Shown here piece after piece: positions 55,004 to 64,000 of a DNA stretch of 64,000 nt (positions within the stretch are counted from its first letter, which is position 1; each line of letters begins with the position of its first letter). The stretch comes from Eledone cirrhosa (lineage: Eukaryota), in assembly GCA_964016885.1 (NCBI GenBank), contig OZ024742.1, forward strand, positions 206,770,001-206,834,000, written 5' to 3'. The translations under genes and the position numbers were made by a program. Under the pieces are notes generated by a model. It was not told where the DNA came from. It saw only the letters and a list, made by a program, of their open reading frames with translations, and made no database searches.

Positions 55004-55013
55004 CTATATATAT

Positions 55014-55378
55014 ATAGGATGAGAAAATGTCAAGTAGTTTCAGATGTTAAAGTCCTTTATTGATAACGCTGTGATACATATTTCAATGATGACAGTGGAC
55101 ACCGTGCCTTTAGAATGGGAGAGGGCTTCAAGAACGCCATCTTTGTCTATTCCGTTGTCGTTTTAATTTAGATTGCCTCGAGAAGGTAACCTTATTATGT
55201 AAGAAGTTGTCTGATGAGATAATGCTACTCGTTAGGCAGAATAGCGTGGCTACTGTCGTCATTGAAATATGTATCACAACTTTATAAATAAAGGACTGAA
55301 ACTACTTCGCATTTTCCTTTCCTATGTGGAAAAAGTACGTAGAATGCTTGAATTGAATTGCATCAATGTTAACCGTAA

Positions 55379-55380
<2 letters not shown>
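55014..55380 (+). mobile_element. Hammerhead element with inverted partial copy (arms ~55014-55102 / ~55246-55325) and tail
   Basis: tgtgatacatatttcaatgatgacagt vs actgtcgtcattgaaatatgtatcaca; (TA)n flanks. Confidence 0.8.
55205..55281 (+). ncRNA. Type I minimal hammerhead ribozyme motif
   Basis: agttgt-CTGATGA-gat..att-GAAA-tatgtat-C-acaact; perfect 6-bp stem I, AUC triplet. Confidence 0.8.
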
Positions 55381-55430
<50 letters not shown>

Positions 55431-55436
<6 letters not shown>

Positions 55437-56121
55437 GAATAATCGAGTATCGGAAAATCAGCTCACGAATTAACGATAAACAATATCCGATATGAGTGGC
55501 AGAGGGCTCAATAATTTGGATAAATCAGAGCTATAACTATCGTTAAAATACCAACACATAGAGATTATGCCTAAAATCACCCGTTCAGCCGAAAAAGAAC
55601 GACCAGGAAGATTCGGGTCACTCAAATAAAATATCAATAAATCAATAAATTAAATGAATGTAAAAAACTTACCCGGACCCGCTAGAAGGGTGTTAAATCT
55701 AGCTTCTTGGGTTTCTGCAATTCCTTAATCCGTTCACTATCAGCCCACATAAAAATATATAAGACTTCTAGAGAAGGAGTGGACCGGAAGAGCTTTATCA
55801 ACGGGTTCCGTCCGATAATAAAGAAGTCACCTTTAGCCAGACACGCACATGGTGCCCAGCAAGGGAGATAACCTCTATATTAGCGAAAACATTTTCGGTA
55901 ATGTGGAAATCATGTAGGAATACAAAATATCACATATCGAATCAGAGTGCTCAATAGACATGTTAAAATAAACAGGAGCTATTCATCAGTCAATAGAATC
56001 GACAAAAAATTATCAATAAAATTAACTGGTCAATAGCTAGGTCTAGAGCTAAATATAATAGAATAATCGAGTATCGGAAAATCAGCTCACGAATTAACGA
56101 TAAACAATATCCGATATGAGT

Positions 56122-56123
<2 letters not shown>
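55431..56123 (-). mobile_element. Retrozyme-like 624-bp unit with 69-bp terminal direct repeats and a degenerate hammerhead (55671-55806)
   Basis: 55431-55499 is identical to 56055-56123. Minus strand acccg-TTGATAA..GAAA-ccc..ggg-TC-cgggt. Embedded in (TA)n. Confidence 0.75.
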
Positions 56124-56164
<41 letters not shown>

Positions 56165-56167
<3 letters not shown>

Positions 56168-56380
56168 CGAAGGAAGTGCGGTAAGGACCAGATGGACCAT
56201 AACGCACCAGAGTACTCAATAGTTAGGGTAGTAGAGTGGGTAATTGGAAAATGTATGACCCCCGATGGCAGAGCTCAAGCCGTTTCGACGGCTATTTCTG
56301 GACTCAGTCCAGAAATAGCTGTCGAAACGGCTTGAGCTCTGCCGTCGGGGTCATACATTTTCCTATTACCCACACTACTA
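56165..56380. mobile_element. Fold-back palindrome (56229-56380) of hammerhead 3' halves plus tail
   Basis: cGAAACggc-ttgagctct-gccGTC-ggggtcata mirrored about ggact-c-agtcc. Confidence 0.8.
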
Positions 56381-56404
56381 TATTTTGAATAATATATATA
56401 TATA

Positions 56405-56727
56405 TGGAGGCACATGGCTTAGTGGTTAGAGCATTGGCTTTGCAATGGAAGGTCTGTGAGTTCAATTCTCAGACCGGTTGATGTGTTGTTTCCTTGAGCA
56501 AGACACTTTATTTCAGATTGCTCCAGTTTACTCAGCTGTAGAAATGAGATGATAGGGACTGCAAAGTGGTCGTGGAGGTACCACGGCTAAAAAGCACTCA
56601 GCACTCACTGTAAATGAGGTTGGTGTTAGGAAGGGCATCCAGCTGTAGAAATCAAGCCAGATTCAGTTCCCGTCCCACCCTTACAAGCAGGGAAAAGCGG
56701 ACGTAAAATGATGATGATGATGATGAT
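56405..56727 (+). mobile_element. Chimeric SINE family B, full length
   Basis: ggaggcacatggcttagtggttagagc (A box), gttcaattc (B box), CORE-like body, RTE tail and (GAT)n. Confidence 0.88.
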
Positions 56728-56787
56728 ATATATATATATTATTCAAAATATTAATAAATGAAGACATTCATATAATCAAAATATAGG

Positions 56788-56851
56788 TTTTATTTTATAT
56801 ATTTCGAAGGTACTGTGCCGTTTTTTCAGTACGTCCTCGTCAGATAAAATA
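56788..56851 (-). ncRNA. Hammerhead motif with intact core and mutated cleavage site
   Basis: Minus strand tattttat-CTGACGA-ggacgtactg/cagtaccttc-GAAA-tatataa-a-ataaaa. U16.1 appears changed to A; the inverted arm at 56920-56967 keeps the T. Confidence 0.65.
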
Positions 56852-56967
56852 CATGAATTGATGTATGACATACCTCAACGGTCTTGATGGTTGGTTCAAT
56901 TCCAGTATTGACTGCCAATACGAGGACGTACTGAAAAAACAGCACAGTACCATCGAAATATATATAA

Positions 56968-58067
56968 CTAGCAGTCGTACCCGGCGTTGCACGGGATAAG
57001 GTATTGTAAAATATATAACCGACTTAGCTAAGCTTAGTATTGCCACAACCACGGCTAGCAAAGAAGTAAGGGTCTGGTGGTACGTAAGTAAGCAACACTG
57101 TGGCTTAAAACGTGAGGAAGAAGTTGTGTGCACTTACCAACTGTTTTGGGAATGAGTGTGAGATTTGTCTTGAGCAAGGGTGGCAGAATAACTGGAGGCA
57201 GCAGACAGCCAGACATACAGACAGATATTATAAGGGCACATTCTGGACGCAGAGCAAATTGTAAGAAGTGACTTAATGCAGACAGCCAGACATACAGACA
57301 GATATTATAACGGCGCGACGTTATATGTATGTATCTATCTAAAAAGAGAAAGACTAAGAATTATAGAGAGAGATCGCTAAATCGCCTACTGCGGTCCCTA
57401 GGGCATTGTAAATTTGAAATTTCTTTTGCTCAGAACACTCCCTGAAACATAAGTATTACATGTGTAATGTTTGAAAACAGTCGGTTGGGTGCTTCTCTAG
57501 TTTTAGGGATTCAAACTCACACACAGACAGACATCCTCAGTTTTATATATATAGACTAGCAGAAAACCACCATGTGGGCGGTTTTCTGCTAGTCTATATA
57601 TCTAAAACAGAGAATGTCTGTCTGTCTGTCTGTCAGCTCACTAAAACTTGAGAACCATCCAACCGATTGTTTTCAAACTTTAGATATGTGAGTGTTTTGA
57701 GCAAAAATTATTTCAAATTTTCAATGCCCTAGGGACCGCATTAGGCGATTTAGCGTTCTCTCTATATAATTCTTAGTCTTTCTTTTTAGATAGATACATA
57801 GATATAACGTTGCGCCCTTATAATATCTGTCTGTATGTCTGCCTGTCTGCATTACGTCATTATGACTCGCTCAGTGTGTGTGTGTATATATATATGTATC
57901 GTAATGCAGACAGCACGACATAGCTTTCCTTCCCCTCTTCCGGCGTCTCTCTCTCTCCCTCCAGCTATCCCCCTCTTGTAGTCTGTCTCTTTCTTTCACT
58001 CTCACTCTCTATCTCTACGCGTCGGACAGACAGACAGAGAAATTGCTGGTTATATATTATAAGGAGA
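56968..58067. mobile_element. Helitron cluster with ~580 bp internal palindrome (57275-57852)
   Basis: A|CTAGcagtcgtacccggcgttgcacggg ... tataGA|CTAG..hairpin..CTAG|TCtata ...; a final 5' end with (acag)n at ~58020-58067. Confidence 0.85.
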
Positions 58068-58200
58068 TAAATTTTGAATGTCTTCATTTATTAATATTTT
58101 GAATAATATTAATAACTCCAGAAAACTTAATTGTAGAGTGCTTTTAATCTATTGTAAAACTATATTAATTGAGTACTCAATAAACCATATTAACCTTTGG

Positions 58201-58257
<57 letters not shown>

Positions 58258-58259
<2 letters not shown>

Positions 58260-58920
58260 CATGATCATAGTTCGTGAGTTCGATTCCATGACCGAGTGGC
58301 GTATATAAGTATATAAGATTATTGGTTCTTGAGACTCATTACACACTTTGATGTGCCTTTTTATGTTACCAGCAGACTTGCATTCTTTTTCACAATTTCT
58401 GTATATGTATGTTGTATTTTTTACCATGGCAATTTGGTAATTGGCAGGAGCTCCCTATTCATTTATTTACCGGCCATGCTGAAGCAAAATTTGTTTGCAT
58501 ATCAAACCATGGACATCACCAGTTTGTTGTGGTAAATCAAGAGCAAGACCCTTTCTGACATCCCTTTTAAATGTCTCATGTTGTAGCCCATCAATTGTTC
58601 CTTGATAGATAAACTTTCTCCATTTACTTCTATCAATATTTATGTTAATTCGTCGAAGTGACTTTTTAAAACAGTCCGTATGTCTCTTCCTGGCTTATGA
58701 GGTGGTTGCTCTTCACTGGCCAATTATCCATACAACATCCTCTTGGGAAGCCAGTTGTCATCCATGTGCACTATGTGACCACTCCATCTCAGCCTGTTTT
58801 ATTGGAACCGGTAAATTGCAGCAAGCCTTCCAAGATTGATTTGGTGAAACCTTTGAAGTTGTTTGTAGTGATGCTTCTAAGTTCTCTAAGTTACCCGTGT
58901 TTCACAGATGTACAGTAATG
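58258..58920 (-). pseudogene. LINE 3' fragment (RTE/CR1-Zenon-like) with C2H2-like finger
   Basis: LLYICETRV, GHIVHMDDNWLPKRMLYG, CRNCEKECKSAGNIKRHIKVC-like motifs. Confidence 0.7.
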
Positions 58921-60524
58921 ATGTTTTTGATTTTGTTTTTAAGTTGTATTCTTTTTTGTTTTAATAAATTTTGAAATAGACAATCATTTTTGAGAGGTTC
59001 ACACATTTTTTAAACTTGAAGGGGATTATTATCGATCTAGTCTAGCGGCGAAGCTTTAAAATTTAAATTCCAGTAAGAAAGACATATAATGCTTCATATC
59101 TTTCATCACGAAGAAAGAACTTCATCAAATTTTATAAAATACAATATATTTTCAATAAAAGAGGCAGTAAAATTAAGATTGCAACAAATCTGATGGTATG
59201 ATTGTGAAAGTCTAGAAACACTGACTAAATTATGGATTTTAAGAATTTTGTTGTTTGAAGCGAGTTGCAAAGGTTCTAGAAGAAAATAATAATGCCATGA
59301 AGTCAAAGTGTTTCCAACGATGGTTAAAGAAAATTAGTCCAGCCCCGCTTTTTGGAACACTTCAAAATGCATGCTTGCTGAGAACAGCAAGAAACCTCCG
59401 ATACATCCTGAATATCTGAGGCTGCAGGTAGTGGTTTGATATTCATTTCAACAAACTTTCCAGTTAAATCACATCAAGGATTGAGACTCAAAGAACAATA
59501 ATAATAATAATAATGATAATAATAATAAGAAGAAGAATAAGGGAAGAAGACGCACGAGGTGGTAGAAGGTCATGAAATCTCTCCCGTAAGTTTTTGATTT
59601 TTAACATATTTAAATCAATTGTGAAATAACAATTCTTAGTACAAATGTTGCATAAACCACCGAATCAAGTCCCATAAAATTTCGGATCCATATTATATTG
59701 TTATATCGCTCAAATATTCAATTTTGTATTATATATTTTGTATTCAAAAAAGAAAATGGTTATAAATGGAAGAAAACACCCTCTGTCTACACTATATAGA
59801 ACAGCCAAATAACAGCAATTTCACCAACATCAGAAACTTGATACACCACCAACCCCATCACACTAAATATAACAGCCAGATAACGGCAATTTCACCACCA
59901 CCACCACCAATCCCAGCATCATAATAATAATTACTATTATTATTGTCTCAAGTTTTAACAAAATGTTTAATTCCAATTTTACGGGAATATGTCAACACAA
60001 TATATATTAAACATACGAACACAAACTCATAGGTACTACATATCACAAAACTCAGTAACGACAACGCCACCGCCGCCACCACTCTATCCATCATTGCTAC
60101 CACTATCCCATCACCGCCGCCACCACTCCTTCATTGCTACCACCACTATTCCCCTGTTAACTTGAGAGAGAAAGGGGAAGGTGGCGGTATCACTAGACAA
60201 GGGAGAGGCTAGCAAAAGATATAAATAGATTGACTTAGTGACCTGGCCACCGGCCAAACGTCAACATCAACAACTATGGCACTGCTGGCTCACCACTTCC
60301 TCACCAACAATATAAAAAGCCCCATCACCACCACTGACATAGCCAACAACAATAACAGGCAATTTCAGCAAAAAGTATATTATATTATTGTAATGCACTG
60401 GGTGATTGCTGGCCTTGTGCCTGGAGTGGAGACAATTATTAATAATTTCATTCTTAAGCCACGCAATGCTCACATTAAGGAACCACTCATGATAATAACA
60501 ATTTAAAAAAAACAACAAAAAGAA

Positions 60525-63500
60525 AACCCCGTGACCAAGAAATACCGGGATGGCGGCCGGCGGGGAATAGCCGTGTCTCTAGGGGAGAACGACCCCTCTA
60601 GTCTTGGTTGACACTCGTTCTAGAAGTGGTAACACGAAATGATTACCCCTTGGCGGATAAGGATAAAACGCGACAAAATAAAGTAAATGTCTAATGATAA
60701 AATCTCATACCGGATCGGCCGTCACCCGAGTAAAAAAGGGCCGCGTCCCTCAGAGAGGAACCAGCTAATGGTTCGAAAAATCAGCTAATGGTTCAAACCT
60801 TTCCATCACTTCGGAGCTGGAGACCTCCCATAACCGGAATACTCCTACTGTTGGCCCTCCATGCTCACCACCAAGAAATCCAAAGAAAAAGAGAGAAAAA
60901 TGATCAAGGGAAGATAATAAAGAAGTCCTTGAGGCTTTCTACACTGCCATGTACTACCCATCAAATACATCGAATACAGAACAGACATATATCAACTGGA
61001 AAAAGAAACATCCCGAAAACAGAGGCTTTATTGACAGTAACAAACTAGCCAATATACGAAGAAATATTGTAGGAAAAAAGTTACTAACTGATGATATAGA
61101 AATTGATCAGATCAAGCTATTAGCACAAAGTCAGCGAAGGGAAAATGAAACATGTGTCAGTGAAAACGAGGTAAATTGTAACACTTCGAATCCCAGGGTT
61201 GGGGCGGAATCACTGGCAACAGAACAAATTAAAGAAAGGATCGAAAAAGTGGAGGGAGTGCATGCTCAAGAGGAAACTCCAAATGAAAATAATGAGTTCG
61301 TAAATGATAAAGAAATGAATGAGAATGAACTTGCCAACTTGAAGGATGAAATTATGATCGAATGGATGAAAATGAAAGAATCTGACATGGGGCAACGAGA
61401 CACCCTCCCGAAGATCCAGAACTCCAAACCGAACCAAAAGATAATACACAAGACTAACATAATTCTCAAAAACATTATCATCACAAACAAACTAAACATT
61501 ACTGATTTAAATCATCTCTATTATGCATCGGCTAAAGTCACCACTCACTTATGTGGAGTGAAGATGAAAAAACAAAGGAATTCCCACAAGAAATCTACTT
61601 GGCAAGAGAACATCAATCGCCAAATAAACCTTCTCCGATCTGACATAGAAATGTTAACAAACTATAAAGTAGGTGAACATGTTAAACAAACTAAACTTAA
61701 AAAATTGAAAAAAAGTACAGTATAAAATCAACAAGTGACATAGACATGCTGATAGAAATAATCAAGCAAAAAGTGTCGGCCAAAGCTGCTCGTATAAGGC
61801 GCTTTGAAAAACGATCTAGATTCTATAAGGACAATAATATGTTCAAAAACAACCAAAGAAACTTCTACAGAAAAATTGGTAAGTCAACAATAACTGCTAA
61901 ATCAATACCACCCAAGCTGGAAGTGCAAGAATTCTGGGAAAAGATCTGGGCCGAAGAAAAAGTTCATAACATACATGCCCCATGGATAGACAGACAAATG
62001 AAAGATACAGCTCACCTTGAGGAACAAATATGGGAAAATATAACAGTTGAACAGTTGCGCTTGTCTTTTCCTGGAAATCCCCAGGAAAAGACAAAATACA
62101 AAACTTTTGGATAAATGCCTTCACAGAGTCTCGTGAGCTGTTAGCACAACTTTACAATGAAATAGTTAAGGAGCCAGAAAAGATACCATCATGGCTAGTT
62201 AACGGCATTACATTCCTGCTTCCGAAGAATGATGAGAAACAATCCTAAAAATTACAGACCGATAACTTGCTTGACCACAATGTATAAAATTTTAACATCA
62301 GTCCTAACTGAATACACATATGACCACCTGATAACAAATGACCTATTTCCCAATGAGCAGAAAGGGTGTAAACGAGGCTCATATGGCTGTAAGGATCAGC
62401 TTCTGGTTAACAAAATGATACTGGAAGATTGTCATAATAGACACAAAAATCTATCGATTGCTTGGATAGATTATAAAAAAGCATTCGATAGTTTGCCACA
62501 CAGTTGGATTGAAAAATGTTTAGAGATTTTCAAAATATCCCCCGTTGTCAGGAGGTTTTTGTCATTCAGTATGAAGACATGGAAAACGACACTCCTTTTG
62601 AATAGTGAAACAAAATCACTGGAAGCTGGAGAAGTTAATATTAATTGTGGAATTTTTCAGGGTGACTCTTTATCACCGCTTTTATTCTGCATCGCACTTA
62701 TACCATTAAGTAAAATGCTCAATGAAACAAAACATGGATATAAAGTCTATGACAAAACCATTAATCACTTGTTCTACATGGATGACCTGAAACTATTTGC
62801 AAAAAATGATGAACAATTGCAAGGGCTATTATCCACTGTGGAGCAGTTCAGTGATGACATTAAAATGGAGTTTGGACTAGATAAATGCGCCAAAGCAACG
62901 TTTACCAGAGGAAAGCTGCTGAATCGGGGGAACGTGATAAGAGAACTTGATCAAGAAAAAACTTACAAATATCTAGGTGTTTGTGAAGGAGACGGAATCA
63001 AGCACTCGACAATGAGGGAAAGGATAAGGAAGGAATGTTACCGCAGAGTAAGAGCAATCTTAAGAACGGAATTGAATGCAAGGAATAGGATCGATGCCAT
63101 AAACACGCTTGCCATACCAGTAGTAACCTACAGTTACAATGTCATCAACTGGTCAAGCACAGAGATCCGTAGGCTCGATACAAAAATTCGAAAATTCTTA
63201 ACCATACACAGAATGCATCACCCTAAGGCAGATATAGATAGAATATATCTCCCTAGGAAAGAAGGAGGACGTGGGTTAATCCAGTTAGACATTGCGTTGA
63301 AAACTGCAACAATTGGATTATCTACATATTTAAGGGAATCACATGATTGGATGATCAAACTCGTTTTGAAACACGAAAGCATCAAAAGATCATATTCCAT
63401 TACAAAAGATGCACAAAGATACAGTAATGGACTACAAATTTCAGAAGTCCCATTTACTGCTGAAATGGAAAACACAGAAAAAGCAAAGCAGGTAAAAGTA

Positions 63501-64000
63501 ACTGCAAAGAAAGAACTGCTACAGAAACTGGCTAAGAAATGGCAAGAAAAGCCTCTGTATGGAAATACCCAGAGCGAGCTAACAATCCTGATGTTGACAA
63601 AACTTTAACCCATCAGTGGTTGGCATCCTCTGGACTGAAATCGGAGACTGAAGGACTGATTATATCAGCACAAGATCAGTGTCTGCCAACAAGAAATTAC
63701 CAAGCCAACATAATAAAAAATGGATGCAGCCCATTATGCCGTGTATGCAAAAAACAACCAGAGACCATTGACCATATAATTTCAATGTGCAGTCCTATAG
63801 CTCCAACCGAATACCTAAACAGGCATGACAGAGCTGCACAATACATACATTGGATAATGTGTAAGCATTTTGACCTGCCCCATCAAAAGAATTGGTGGGA
63901 GTATCAACCACCTCCCATACTTGAAAAAGATCACATCTCAATCTTGTGGAATTTAGCATCCAAACAGACCGAAAAATAGATGCAAATAGACCTGATATAA
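60525..64000 (+). mobile_element. R4/Dong-clade retrotransposon, 5'-complete, frameshifted, running off the window
   Basis: GC-rich leader, ATG at 60687, [61 protein letters not shown] knuckle CRVC..HIISMC, RHD. Preceded by a TAA/AAC-rich tract. Confidence 0.95.

Noticed and set aside
56405-56480. tRNA gene
   Set aside because: A/B boxes are present but it continues into a SINE body, and I could not form a clean cloverleaf.
58980-59490. Possible decayed transposase
   Set aside because: It looks coding-like but I could not recover any diagnostic motif.

Overview
AT-rich, microsatellite-rich eukaryotic DNA with no confidently supported host gene. The repeat content resembles cephalopod (octopus-like) genomes; this is my inference from recalled repeat families, not a database result. 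The window is a mosaic of decayed and nested transposable elements. Non-LTR retrotransposons include R4/Dong-like (3270-4450, 60525->64000), a near full-length Tx1/L1-like (30690-36413) plus a 5' fragment, several RTE-like copies with a PHD-type finger, and a CRE-like fragment. There are also at least two tRNA-headed SINE families, non-autonomous Helitrons, piggyBac/hAT/Tc1-mariner MITEs and two eroded Penelope-like (PLE) remnants. The most striking signal is a set of about 9 type-I hammerhead ribozyme motifs from several sequence families. Most sit in short non-coding elements beside (TA)n tracts, often as 100-440 bp fold-back palindromes with a shared one-sided tail, and one sits in a 624-bp unit with terminal direct repeats (retrozyme-like). 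Other highlights are a multi-pseudoknot 5' leader on the R4/Dong element and a Helitron palindrome centred on CTAG|TC rolling-circle-type junctions. Most ORFs in the supplied track are microsatellite or low-complexity artefacts. All RNA structures were paired by eye; none was computed.
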